Origin: an uncultured Gammaproteobacteria bacterium
GTDB lineage: Bacteria; Patescibacteriota; Microgenomatia; Levybacterales; GWA1-39-11
Assembly (NCBI GenBank): GCA_964651815.1
Contig: CAZYWG010000001.1
Span: 129,189 to 193,188, forward strand
Direction of reading: 5' to 3'
DNA length: 64,000 nucleotides
Positions 39,583 to 49,677 of this stretch are shown here, in pieces. Position 1 is the first letter of the stretch, and every line of letters starts with the position of its first letter. A program made the translations under genes and the position numbers. Under the pieces are notes generated by a model. It saw only the letters and a list, made by a program, of their open reading frames with translations. It was not told the origin of the DNA and searched no databases.

Positions 39583-41430
39583 ATGAATGATATTCTCAAT
39601 AAATTAAATGCGGAGCAAAAAAAGGCGGTTACACAATCTGATGGTCCTATGATTGTTTTGGCTGGAGCAGGCTCCGGTAAAACAAGAGTTTTAGTCCACC
39701 GTGTTTTATATCTAGTCCTCGAAAAAAAGGTAAACCCTTCAAATATTTTAATGGTTACTTTTACCAATAAAGCTGCCGGTGAAATGCTTGAGCGAATTAT
39801 TAAAACGTTCGACCAATATAAAATAAGCGAACAACCTGTGGTTGGTACATTTCATGCAATTTGTGCCAAGATTTTAAGGCGTGAAGGAAAAAACATTGGA
39901 ATTCCCGTGGGTTTTCAGATATTTGATGACCAAGACCAACTTGAAACAATAAAGGAAGCATTTTCATTTCTTGATATTTCAATTAAAGATATAAAGCCGA
40001 GAGCTGTTTTGGCAACTATTTCCCAGGCAAAAAATCAAATGATAGATGAAGCTTCTTATGAATCCCTGGCGCGTGGTTATTTTCAGGAAACAGTTGCAAA
40101 AGTTTATCCTGTCTACCAAGCCTTACTCAAAGACCACGAAGCGCTTGATTTTGACGATTTACTTTTAAAAACTGTTGAGCTTTTCAAAAAAACTCCATCA
40201 GTTTTAAACCAATACCAGTACAGGTTCCAATATGTAATGGTTGATGAATATCAAGACACTAATGAGGCGCAATATAGATTAACAAAACTCCTTGGTGGAA
40301 AAAACAGAAACATATGTGTTGTAGGGGACTTTTCCCAAAGTATTTACTCTTTCAGGGGAGCGGATTTTAGAAATCTTGAAAAATTCAAGCGCGATTTTCC
40401 GGAGTGCGTAACTTTCCCACTTTCTCAAAATTATCGTTCGACTCAAAAAATTCTTGACGCTGCGACTACTGTTATTTCAAATAATACCCTTCACCCTGTG
40501 TTATCACTTTGGACTAAAAATGAAGAAGGTGAGGAGGTAGTAATATTTTCAGCCGAAAACGAACACAACGAAGCGGAATTTATTATTCAACAAATAATTA
40601 CTTCGCAACAAAAAAATCCAGATTTGCATCTTCGGGATGTTGTAATTTTATATAGAACTAATGCTCAGTCACGAGCTTTGGAAGAAACTTTTTTACATAA
40701 CTCTGTGCCATATGTACTTGTTGGCGGCACGCGTTTTTACGAAAGAAAAGAAGTTAAGGATGTACTCTCCTATCTTTCATATTTAGCAAATAATAAAAAC
40801 AAAATCGCTTTAAAAAGAATTGAAAAAATAGGAAAAAGACGCATGGAAAAACTTTTGGAATACGTAAATGAGGTAGCAAAAGAAGGTTTAGAAAAAAAAG
40901 CGACTATCGAAATATTGGATGAAATTTTGATCAAAACGGATTACATAGCGCTATACGACGACAAAGACCCAGAGGATAAACCGAGAATTGAGAATATTAA
41001 AGAACTCCGCTCCGTTGCAATTGAATTTCCAAACCTTAATCAATTTTTGGAAAATGTCGCTCTAGTTGAGCAAGATTATCACAGTATGCCAGATAGACAA
41101 GTTAAAAACCCAGACGCAATAACTCTTATGACAATGCACGCTGCAAAAGGGCTAGAATTTAAAATTGTGTTTATTGTGGGAATGGAAGAAGGCCTTTTTC
41201 CACACAGCCAATCTATGTTTGACGCCGGGGAAATTGAGGAAGAAAGACGTCTTTGTTATGTTGGAATAACTCGTGCGAAAGAAAAATTATTTCTTACGTT
41301 TGCAAAACGACGATTATATTTTGGACAAACAGTTTCTAACCAAATTTCAAGATTTATATACGAGTTGCCTGAGGAAGTTTTGAAAAAAAATTATATAGAA
41401 AGATATTCTGATGAACCGAGTTTTCTATGA
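39583..41430 (+). CDS. pcrA: ATP-dependent DNA helicase PcrA/UvrD
   Basis: AGAGSGKT, TFTNKAA, DEYQD, QNYRS, HAAKGLEF, EEERRLCYVGITRA. Confidence 0.95.
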   Translation: MNDILNKLNAEQKKAVTQSDGPMIVLAGAGSGKTRVLVHRVLYLVLEKKVNPSNILMVTFTNKAAGEMLERIIKTFDQYKISEQPVVGTFHAICAKILRREGKNIGIPVGFQIFDDQDQLETIKEAFSFLDISIKDIKPRAVLATISQAKNQMIDEASYESLARGYFQETVAKVYPVYQALLKDHEALDFDDLLLKTVELFKKTPSVLNQYQYRFQYVMVDEYQDTNEAQYRLTKLLGGKNRNICVVGDFSQSIYSFRGADFRNLEKFKRDFPECVTFPLSQNYRSTQKILDAATTVISNNTLHPVLSLWTKNEEGEEVVIFSAENEHNEAEFIIQQIITSQQKNPDLHLRDVVILYRTNAQSRALEETFLHNSVPYVLVGGTRFYERKEVKDVLSYLSYLANNKNKIALKRIEKIGKRRMEKLLEYVNEVAKEGLEKKATIEILDEILIKTDYIALYDDKDPEDKPRIENIKELRSVAIEFPNLNQFLENVALVEQDYHSMPDRQVKNPDAITLMTMHAAKGLEFKIVFIVGMEEGLFPHSQSMFDAGEIEEERRLCYVGITRAKEKLFLTFAKRRLYFGQTVSNQISRFIYELPEEVLKKNYIERYSDEPSFL

Positions 41431-42446
41431 GCGAATTTATTGATGTTAACGACTCCAAAAAGGAAGAATTTAATAAAGTGGTCAATCACCCATTACAATC
41501 TTTTGAATGGGGTGAGTTTCGCAAAAAAACCGGGATTAAAGTAATAAGACGGGCTCTTATCCAAAATGGACAATTTGTAGATGGATTTACTGTAACTCTT
41601 CATAAAGTTCCTAAAACAAAATACTACATTGGGTATTTGCCTAAAGGAAATGAACCAACAAAAGAAGTCATCGAGGAACTCAAAAGAATTGGAAAGGAAA
41701 ATAATTGCATATTTATCCAACTTGAACCAAATATCATAAGTCTTAAATCTGAAGTCTTAGGTCTTCTAAAACCCGCTGCCCACCCCCTGTTTACAAAATT
41801 CACTTTTGTTCTTGACCTAACAAAATCAGAAGATGAACTGTTAAAACAAATGCATTCAAAAACACGTTATAACATCCGTGTTGCTGAGAAACATAATGTA
41901 AAAGTTTCTGAAGATAATTCTGAAAAAAGTTTTGTAGAATATTTAAAACTGATGCTCACAACCACTAGTCGCCAGGGTTTTTATGCACACACGCCAAGCT
42001 ATCATGAAAAACTTTTCGAGACTTTGCCAAAAGAAGAGGGACCAAATATCTTATCTTACCATTTACTAAATGCGCAATTCGATTCTAAAACTTTAACTTC
42101 TTGGGTTTTATTTGTTTTCAAAAATCATCTTTATTATCCTTATGGTGCGTCCAGCCGCGAACACCGCGAAACAATGTCTAACAATCTTGTTGCATGGGAA
42201 GCAATCAAATTCGGCAAAAAACTAGGACTTAAAAAATTTGATATGTGGGGGGCACTCGGGACAGAACCCGATAAAAACGACCCATGGTATGGCTTCCATA
42301 GATTTAAAGAAGGTTACGGCGCAGAACTTGTAGAATTCGTTGGATCATATGATCTTATTGTAAAACCTAAACTTTACGAACTATATAAAGTCGCTGATAA
42401 ATTCCGCTGGGAATTATTAAGAGTAAAGAAAAAAATTCTTAAATGA
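41427..42446 (+). CDS. FemAB/FemX-family peptidoglycan bridge aminoacyltransferase
   Basis: HPLQSFEWG, KTRYNIR, YYPYGAS, FKEGYG. Confidence 0.9.
   Translation: MSEFIDVNDSKKEEFNKVVNHPLQSFEWGEFRKKTGIKVIRRALIQNGQFVDGFTVTLHKVPKTKYYIGYLPKGNEPTKEVIEELKRIGKENNCIFIQLEPNIISLKSEVLGLLKPAAHPLFTKFTFVLDLTKSEDELLKQMHSKTRYNIRVAEKHNVKVSEDNSEKSFVEYLKLMLTTTSRQGFYAHTPSYHEKLFETLPKEEGPNILSYHLLNAQFDSKTLTSWVLFVFKNHLYYPYGASSREHRETMSNNLVAWEAIKFGKKLGLKKFDMWGALGTEPDKNDPWYGFHRFKEGYGAELVEFVGSYDLIVKPKLYELYKVADKFRWELLRVKKKILK
41738..41765. repeat. Four degenerate 7-mer repeats inside the femAB-like gene
   Basis: aagtctt aaatctg aagtctt aggtctt. Confidence 0.5.
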
Positions 42447-42972
42447 TTTTATAGAGGTACATTTCGTTCTTTCTGTCTTCTCCTACAAGCTGTATTTTTT
42501 TATCCTGTTCAAACTTATATCTGTAGCTTACAACTTTTGTCCCTTTTTTTAACTCTTTAAACAATTTTGGTTTCAGTTTTTCAAGGACCCTTGGGACAAG
42601 ATAAACAAAGACTATTGTTGCACTGTTTAAATTGATGTTAAAAAAATTACCTTTTTTAAGTGTTACTTTTTTTCCAACTTTGTTTAATACAACATTTAAC
42701 TTAGCGGTTAAGTGTCTTATTGGATCTATTTCAACACCAAAACATTTCGCGTCAAAATTTTTTGCCACTGTTACCAAAAACGTTGCGTCACCACTTCCCA
42801 ATTCATATACGATATCTTTTGAATCTATTTTTGCGAGTTTAGCCGCAGCTTTTGCTTTTCTTCCGCTTGTCCGCCACCAAGGACTCCAGGGACTATCAGG
42901 CGGCCAAACACACGACAAAATAATAAGTAGTATAAATACAAAAAAAATAAGTACCAAATTGATAATCATCAT
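42439..42972 (-). CDS. Membrane-anchored class I SAM-dependent methyltransferase
   Basis: N-terminal TM, ELGSGDA, GVEID, ATIVFVYL, ELKKGTKVVS. Confidence 0.82.
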   Translation of the reverse strand: MMIINLVLIFFVFILLIILSCVWPPDSPWSPWWRTSGRKAKAAAKLAKIDSKDIVYELGSGDATFLVTVAKNFDAKCFGVEIDPIRHLTAKLNVVLNKVGKKVTLKKGNFFNINLNSATIVFVYLVPRVLEKLKPKLFKELKKGTKVVSYRYKFEQDKKIQLVGEDRKNEMYLYKII

Positions 42973-43248
42973 TTAAATTTTAATCAGCACTTTTCCCAAA
43001 ATATTTTCTTTCTTAATTGGTTCGACTTTTAAACTATCGTTCATATTGTCTCCCCCAACAACAAAAAATTCTTGATTTATTTTTGTGATACGTTTGATGA
43101 TAATTCTATCATTATATTTGAACAAGATCACATCACCAACGCGAGGGTCTCTGAAAAAATAAGGAATTGAGCTAATAATTACATGATTGTTGGGCTTGAA
43201 TGTAGGCAACATGCTATGACCTGAAATCTTAAACAAACCGAGGATCAT
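42973..43248 (-). CDS. sodX: S26-family peptidase, Ni-SOD maturation protease
   Basis: GHSMLPT, IIKRI, GDN..DS; immediately downstream of sodN. Confidence 0.82.
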   Translation of the reverse strand: MILGLFKISGHSMLPTFKPNNHVIISSIPYFFRDPRVGDVILFKYNDRIIIKRITKINQEFFVVGGDNMNDSLKVEPIKKENILGKVLIKI

Positions 43249-43253
43249 GGAGA

Positions 43254-43784
43254 TTATTTGTGCATCACTATTTCTCCGCCAGTTGGATATCCAGATGGAA
43301 CGTGGATAGATTCAAGGTTTTTTGTTTTGTAAAAAATCTCGGCAATTTTTTGAGTATTTTCGAGAAGCTCATTTGCTGCAACTTTATCAATATTCTGTCT
43401 GACTTTAATAGAAAGTTTTACGGTGGACGACAAAAGCGCTTGAAGTTCTGGATATTTCTCATGGTGCTCGGGTTTAAAATAATCATTTTCAAGAGTCCCC
43501 AATTCTTCTTCAACTATTCCACCGTGCTCTTCTTTTACATGAACCATCCGTGCAATATCATGTTCTGTTTTTGTTTCATCTTCCCTTTTCAATTCGCTGA
43601 TTAATGAAGTCATACGAATAACCGTATGCGCTGCCATTTGAATACCATGAACATCATAAACCCCGCATGGTATATCACAATGCGCATAAGCAATTGGCGT
43701 AGGAATTAAATTGACAAAAAGAGGTATAATTTTTAGAACTTTTTTTGTCACCCTGAACGAAGTGAAGGACCTTATACTCACCAT
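43254..43784 (-). CDS. sodN: Nickel superoxide dismutase precursor
   Basis: Propeptide ending AYA, then the Ni-hook HCDIPCGVYD; KEEH. Confidence 0.92.
   Translation of the reverse strand: MVSIRSFTSFRVTKKVLKIIPLFVNLIPTPIAYAHCDIPCGVYDVHGIQMAAHTVIRMTSLISELKREDETKTEHDIARMVHVKEEHGGIVEEELGTLENDYFKPEHHEKYPELQALLSSTVKLSIKVRQNIDKVAANELLENTQKIAEIFYKTKNLESIHVPSGYPTGGEIVMHK
43746..43772 (+). repeat. xGTC-tagged REP-like hairpin within the sodN propeptide (encodes RSFTSFRVT)
   Basis: tgtcac-CCT-GA-AC-GAA-GT-GA-AGG-acct, 27 nt = 9 codons. Confidence 0.65.
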
Positions 43785-43928
43785 AATTCTATATTAGACT
43801 AACACATGAAGGTTTGAATTTCAATATAAATCTGCAATAAATATGAACATATCCAAAACTACCATTTGATGGATCGCAATCTAGACTATAATAAACGCGT
43901 TAAGAAAATATGTTAAAGAATAAAAATC

Positions 43929-44480
43929 CTAAGCGGCTTTTCTCAGCTCTTGAGTAACAAATCTTTGTATTACCGGTACTGCTTGACCAGGCACCGGCAT
44001 ACCTCTTTGAATTCCCATCTCCGAAAGCTTTTGCGTCGCCCCTGACCAACCAACTAATTCTGAGATTGGATCAACCTTCTCATTGGTTCTAGACTGGTAA
44101 GTAACTATCAACTCTTCACCATTTTTTACACCTACAATTAAGGCTTTTTTACCCTCTGACCAAGTAAGATACCTTGCTGCAATACCAAAGAAATCTTGCT
44201 CCTCAGGAATAATATCACCGGAGTGTCGTGGTAAATCCAATCTTACCAAACTCACTGTTTTGCAAATCTGTCCAGGTTTTCCTAACCCTCCAAGAACCTC
44301 TTGATTCACAAGCTCAAGTGAAGGAGTTACATGCAAACCTTCCAAAACCTGCCTGCCAAAAACAGCATTTAATCTTGCGAGGCTCTCAGGATATGGCGAG
44401 ACATAAGGCTCGGCTTTATCAACGATTTTTCCTTTGTCTCTTGCTAAATCCCTTAAACTATCAATGAATTGTTCTGCCAT
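43929..44480 (-). CDS. Hypothetical protein
   Basis: 183-aa ORF filling the gap; no recognised motif. Confidence 0.65.
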   Translation of the reverse strand: MAEQFIDSLRDLARDKGKIVDKAEPYVSPYPESLARLNAVFGRQVLEGLHVTPSLELVNQEVLGGLGKPGQICKTVSLVRLDLPRHSGDIIPEEQDFFGIAARYLTWSEGKKALIVGVKNGEELIVTYQSRTNEKVDPISELVGWSGATQKLSEMGIQRGMPVPGQAVPVIQRFVTQELRKAA

Positions 44481-44514
44481 ATTAATTGTGATTTTACAAC
44501 TTATAAGCTATTTG

Positions 44515-45351
44515 TCAATTTTCTCCGCAGATAAGACTAGCGGATTTTTTAATTTCGGCAACTCTTTGTTTATCTATCATGTATTTGGTAACAAATTCAT
44601 CTTCGGGAATTTTTATAAGATCTGAGGCGAGCACAATATCATTGTCTATCAATCTCCTTTTTTCTTCGGTTGTCAGATCTGTCATTATCGTCACAGGGTA
44701 CATTTTTGGCCTCTCAACAAAGTCTTGAAGACTTTCATTATCCGGATAATTCCACGCAAGAGTCTTTATTCCTTTACACTCGGCATATGTAATTGCATCA
44801 ACCGTAAGCTTTGTATTTGTTGCCACCCACACGGCCTCTATCTTGTTTCTTTCCTTAATATCAAGGAATCTGGCATAAGTATAAAGCAAAACTTGCACAT
44901 CTGTTTTTCCAAAACTTTGATTGTGGAATTTTGCCTCAATTATTTCCCTCTTCCCATTTTTCTCAAGTAAAACATCTATCTCATGAGAAACACATTCACC
45001 TTGCATTATAAGATCAACCTGAGTTTTATATCCTTGACTCTCAAAAATTCTTGCTAAATATTGCTCGAATGGAAAACCGGTTGGTCCAAGTTCAAAAATT
45101 CCCTGGCGTAGATTAAAACGCAAAGCGCTTTTTCTATCTTTATGGACCAAAAATTCCCTGATGTGATAAAAAATCTCATCAGTTGTAATTGTATTATCCG
45201 TTTGGACCCGTTCTTTAATGTGCTCAAGGACGCGGTCAAAAAGCTCTTTTGGAACTCCACTTCTTTCCATGGAGCGAATAACGCGCATATCATCAAACAC
45301 AACCTGCTCTCCATCTCGCTTTATAACGGTTATTGGGGACTGGGCAGTCAT
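44515..45351 (-). CDS. ATP-cone domain + Mrr-like PD-(D/E)xK endonuclease domain protein
   Basis: VIKRDG..VVFD..RVIRS (ATP cone); GFPFEQY, HEIDV, IEAKF (nuclease). Confidence 0.82.
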   Translation of the reverse strand: MTAQSPITVIKRDGEQVVFDDMRVIRSMERSGVPKELFDRVLEHIKERVQTDNTITTDEIFYHIREFLVHKDRKSALRFNLRQGIFELGPTGFPFEQYLARIFESQGYKTQVDLIMQGECVSHEIDVLLEKNGKREIIEAKFHNQSFGKTDVQVLLYTYARFLDIKERNKIEAVWVATNTKLTVDAITYAECKGIKTLAWNYPDNESLQDFVERPKMYPVTIMTDLTTEEKRRLIDNDIVLASDLIKIPEDEFVTKYMIDKQRVAEIKKSASLICGEN

Positions 45352-45414
45352 ATATTGTATATTATGCCAATTTTCTTAATTAAAAGGAAGGATTTTCAAG
45401 TATCCGATCTATTC

Positions 45415-47223
45415 TTAAAAGCTGGAAAGTAATGCTTGGATATCAGTGTTTAGAATTAGATACGCACTTTCATTAACATGTTTTCCTCGCTGCGCGCCTA
45501 AATCATTTAACAATGCGCTCAACACATTCTTTTGGGAAGTTTTATCTTTTGATGCACTCTGAACTTTTGAAAGTAAATCTTTACAAATCCCAGAATTATC
45601 TATACTCCCGTTATTACAAAGAGTATTTATATCATTAATAAGACTATTAAAGGTAATCAATTTGGTAATTGAATCATTTTGTGAGTTGTTATGGTTAAAG
45701 TTAATGACATAAATATCACTGTTTGTGTTAATTAAATTCCCAAAAAAGTCTCCTGTTACATCTTGGGCGGTGTTATCAAAAAGGTCAGATTCAAGGTGGT
45801 AGCTTTGATTTGTAGGGGAAGAAATAGTTACATAATATTTGCCACTTGATGGCTTTTTGATATAGTAGATCTTAACTGGGTCTCCACTCGCCACTCCTTC
45901 TGGATCGTCTATTAATGGTTGCTCCATAACTACTCCACCAACAGGAAGGAAGTTTTGATCTGTTACAAAAATATTCACAGAAGGATTAACATACAGCTCA
46001 ATCAGCGATCCGTCGGAATTTGCTGGTGCAAAATGTTTTATTGAAGAAAAAACACCACCATAATCTGTCAAAGTTGTTTTGTTATAAAAGGGATCGTTTA
46101 TAGAAAATGTTGCACTAGTAGTACCGGTTGTAATTACAAAATGGCCACTGTTATTGACCCCAAGTATGTCTGGCTGATGATTTTGTATATCTGTAGTTAA
46201 CTGGGTGTTTGTTGCAGCCGCGAGTGGATCAAACTCTAAAAGATCGTAATGAAAATTAGGATTTGCTGATCGAGCAAGATGTGATAGTTTTGAAATTGCA
46301 CCCCAATTGACATATCCATTCTCAATGTAAGACTTTGAATTTGTCTCAAACCAACTATTTAAAGTTCCAGGGTTTAAGTCTGTTCCATCTGGGAGGTGTG
46401 TGATTCCATAGTATCTTAATAGCATTACGGATGAAGTTAGCGCACATCCCCATCTTGAAATATCTGTTGCTTGTGGAGGAGTCAAGGTTGGCGCCCAAAG
46501 ATTTGCAGAATCATAAAGTTGCCCACCCCAAGCATTATCTGTTTGCTTAAGAAGCGGGACACTAAGATTAACAGAATTACCGTCAATGGTACTAACAACA
46601 ATATTGTCAAAATGAGTTTCACTTGAAGAATCACCACCTACACCCGCTCTCAATCCTATTGTACCTAAAGGCAAAGGTGATGATAAATATATCTCCCTAA
46701 CAAGCAAATTATTTATAAAAACCTTTATATCATCAACATTTACAATAATCTTAACATGATAAGTGCTACCATTTTGATAGTTTTGAGGTACGTTCACTAA
46801 TATCTGGTCTATTGGACCTCCAATTGCGAAATCTCCAGGTGATTGGAAGTGAACTTCGTACAAGGTTAAGGAATTTGGCTCAATTATGTAAGGAAGGTTG
46901 TGATCTGTCCCATTTACAAATTTCATATCCAGTTCTATTTCATATTTGTTTAGAGGAGTAGTCCATTCGGATGGTTTAGGGATTATATTACTTGCACAAC
47001 TAGGTTCGTTTTGAATTTTCATCACAACTTCACCATTCTCTACTACCCATTGAGCACTACATGTAGGTGGAAAATTAAACGGTATCCAGCGAGATGGAAA
47101 TGAATCATTAGGATAAGAATCAAAATTGTCTTGAAATATCGTTGAGGCAAAAATATGTTTCGTAAAAATCGGCGAAAGAAAAAAACACAGCAAAACTAAT
47201 AGGGCAAGATATAGTCTTTTCAT
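45415..47223 (-). CDS. Secreted C39-like cysteine peptidase with N-terminal beta-sandwich and helical C-terminal domain
   Basis: Signal peptide; FQDNFD..FDNIVV lectin-like domain; LKQTD..WG, GCALTS, GHFV, INDP. Confidence 0.75.
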   Translation of the reverse strand: MKRLYLALLVLLCFFLSPIFTKHIFASTIFQDNFDSYPNDSFPSRWIPFNFPPTCSAQWVVENGEVVMKIQNEPSCASNIIPKPSEWTTPLNKYEIELDMKFVNGTDHNLPYIIEPNSLTLYEVHFQSPGDFAIGGPIDQILVNVPQNYQNGSTYHVKIIVNVDDIKVFINNLLVREIYLSSPLPLGTIGLRAGVGGDSSSETHFDNIVVSTIDGNSVNLSVPLLKQTDNAWGGQLYDSANLWAPTLTPPQATDISRWGCALTSSVMLLRYYGITHLPDGTDLNPGTLNSWFETNSKSYIENGYVNWGAISKLSHLARSANPNFHYDLLEFDPLAAATNTQLTTDIQNHQPDILGVNNSGHFVITTGTTSATFSINDPFYNKTTLTDYGGVFSSIKHFAPANSDGSLIELYVNPSVNIFVTDQNFLPVGGVVMEQPLIDDPEGVASGDPVKIYYIKKPSSGKYYVTISSPTNQSYHLESDLFDNTAQDVTGDFFGNLINTNSDIYVINFNHNNSQNDSITKLITFNSLINDINTLCNNGSIDNSGICKDLLSKVQSASKDKTSQKNVLSALLNDLGAQRGKHVNESAYLILNTDIQALLSSF

Positions 47224-47294
47224 TTATTAATGTGTATAATCTCAATAATAAGTTATTATTTTAAAGCAATTCAATATCCATTTAGTGCATAGGA

Positions 47295-48098
47295 ATGAGT
47301 AAATCTATATCAATAATTTACGTCTACTATAACACCCCACATGAAATATTAGACTCCATTAATTCACTTAGGAGTGCTGCTTCCAATTATGAGGTTATAA
47401 TTGTCAACAACAAATCAACTAGACCTCTCCCAGAAGAAATAAAGAAAAAAAAACACCTGAAGATAATTGACAACATTGAAAACGTGGGTTTTGGGAAGGC
47501 TGCGAATCAGGCAGTTAAACTTGCCCGCGGAACATATGTGATGATTTTAAACCCTGATACTGTATGCTATACAAAATCAATTGATCTTATGGTAGCAAGG
47601 ATGCAACTAGATAAAACAATTGGGGTATTGGGTCCACAACAAGTTAATAAACAGGGCGAAATTTTACATAGCATTGGTTCTATGCCAATGCTTCCAGATG
47701 CAATCTTTGTTTTTTCTTTTTTGAGGAAAATTTGGCCAAAAAATCCATACAAAGAAAAATTTTGGGCAAAAGGAATAGATAGAACTAAAGAGCAAGAGAC
47801 AGAAACCATAGGTGGTGCGTGTATGCTATTCCCAAAAAAAATATTTGATGCAGTTGGTGGTTTCGACGAAAGATTCTTTATGTATTTTGAGGAGGCAGAT
47901 ATTTGCTTGCGAATAAAAAAACTCGGATACAAAATTTTTTATTATCCCAAAGCAAAAATAATGCACTTAGTTGGTAAGAGTACTTCAGATAAAGATTGGA
48001 TTAAAAAAACGTTTGAAAAAAGCAGGTACGAATTTTTTAAAAAATATTATCCTTTTCCTACTGCATTACTTAGTGAATTATTTCTTCGGTTATTCTAA
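47295..48098 (+). CDS. GT2 glycosyltransferase (WbbL/rhamnosyltransferase-like)
   Basis: NVGFGKAAN, LNPD, GACML, GFDERFFMYFEEAD. Confidence 0.9.
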   Translation: MSKSISIIYVYYNTPHEILDSINSLRSAASNYEVIIVNNKSTRPLPEEIKKKKHLKIIDNIENVGFGKAANQAVKLARGTYVMILNPDTVCYTKSIDLMVARMQLDKTIGVLGPQQVNKQGEILHSIGSMPMLPDAIFVFSFLRKIWPKNPYKEKFWAKGIDRTKEQETETIGGACMLFPKKIFDAVGGFDERFFMYFEEADICLRIKKLGYKIFYYPKAKIMHLVGKSTSDKDWIKKTFEKSRYEFFKKYYPFPTALLSELFLRLF

Positions 48099-48169
48099 CT
48101 TCATTATTATTGCGCGGAAAATATAGTCTTCTTCATACGCTGTAAAAATTACTAATTGATTGTGTGATT

Positions 48170-48841
48170 TCAGATTTCCTTTGTAGACTTCTTAAGTCTA
48201 TATATTCCATGTTTTGCACAAATAGGAAAATTAAATGGTGTAGCATTTATATACTGTATAGTCATGTCTTCCAATCTTAATCCGGGTAAACTTTCAACCA
48301 ACTTTAACATATCTTTTTTTGTCCTAACGTACTTTCCTTGCTCGAGTATTTTATAATAATGCATAAATTTTGGGTCATTTTTCTCTGGCAATAATGGTTC
48401 AACTACAACTAAGATTCCATTTTTAGACAATATTTTAGCAGCAGCGATTGATAATTTAATTGCCATACTGTTATCTATATGATGGATTACACCTGCAAAA
48501 AGTATATAATCAAATTTTTTTGTGGTTTTTTTCACAAAATCCCTTAAATCACTTGCAATAAAATTGAAATTGTTTTTTTCCTTAAAGGCATTCTTCGCAT
48601 ATTTTATTGCAGCATTATCTAAATCTATTCCAGTATAGTTAATGTTTTTATTTTTTAAAAAAGCCTTTGCAGTAATACCTGTTGAACAGCCAATTTCTAA
48701 AATATTTGTTTGATTTCCATAATAGACTTTACATAATTTCCTTTTATCAACTGCCCCTCCCGCAAAATATTGAAATAAAGTCCATAGGCGCGGGAAATTT
48801 GCTTGTGAAAGAAATGGGTTGGAATTTTTTTTTGTTGACAT
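48170..48841 (-). CDS. Class I SAM-dependent methyltransferase
   Basis: LEIGCSTG, GID, FAGVIHHI. Confidence 0.85.
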   Translation of the reverse strand: MSTKKNSNPFLSQANFPRLWTLFQYFAGGAVDKRKLCKVYYGNQTNILEIGCSTGITAKAFLKNKNINYTGIDLDNAAIKYAKNAFKEKNNFNFIASDLRDFVKKTTKKFDYILFAGVIHHIDNSMAIKLSIAAAKILSKNGILVVVEPLLPEKNDPKFMHYYKILEQGKYVRTKKDMLKLVESLPGLRLEDMTIQYINATPFNFPICAKHGIYRLKKSTKEI

Positions 48842-48888
48842 TCTACTTATTTAAAGTATTTCTTATCCAGTCATATCAAAAACTATGA

Positions 48889-49671
48889 TTAAAACTTTGT
48901 TTTTAAATTACCCGTTTTTTTTAATTGGTTTTTCTCATAATACAAAAGGACATCACCACAATAGAACATGGAAACAAAAGGAAGTCTCTCAAAAAAAGGT
49001 TGCACCGTCTGTAAAAACTGAGCAAATTTTTTGTTACAAAAATATGGAATAATTACACAATAGTTTTGCTTTTTAACGAAAAAACCATTTTTTTTAAACC
49101 ATTTATTTATCAGTGGAGGAAAGTAAGATTTCTCTTCATGTTCTATGTGATAAGGCGATACTTTTTCAATTACCTTTAGGATTGGGTTATATCCGTTACA
49201 TTCCAAAACAACTACTTTATCCACAACCTTGGTAACACTTTCAATTGCTTTTTTTGGTTCATAAAGATGATGCAATACGCCTCTTATGATAGCTACGTCA
49301 AATTCTCCTTTTTTTATTTTTTTATCGATATCATATATACTTGCTTGGAAAAATTTTATTTTCCTGAGTTTTCCTTTCTTTACCTTCTCCTGAGCAAACT
49401 TAATCCCCATTTTTGAATTATCAAATCCTACTATTTTTTTGGGGCTAACTTTTTTTAACAATTCTAAAGTAAATGTTCCATCTCCACACCCAACATCTAA
49501 TATTTTTTTATTACGCCCGATTTTTAAAAGAATTGTGTTGACAATTTCATCTGTTTGCCTTTTTGTTGCAAGTCTCGCTGAAAGCCGACGAATATCTGTG
49601 TATATATACCTTCCTGTTTTTGCAACATCTTTGTTATAAACGCTTATAACCTTTTCTTTTTTTATTCTCAT
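48889..49671 (-). CDS. Class I SAM-dependent methyltransferase
   Basis: LDVGCGDG, GVLHHL. Confidence 0.85.
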   Translation of the reverse strand: MRIKKEKVISVYNKDVAKTGRYIYTDIRRLSARLATKRQTDEIVNTILLKIGRNKKILDVGCGDGTFTLELLKKVSPKKIVGFDNSKMGIKFAQEKVKKGKLRKIKFFQASIYDIDKKIKKGEFDVAIIRGVLHHLYEPKKAIESVTKVVDKVVVLECNGYNPILKVIEKVSPYHIEHEEKSYFPPLINKWFKKNGFFVKKQNYCVIIPYFCNKKFAQFLQTVQPFFERLPFVSMFYCGDVLLYYEKNQLKKTGNLKTKF

Positions 49672-49677
49672 AAATCC

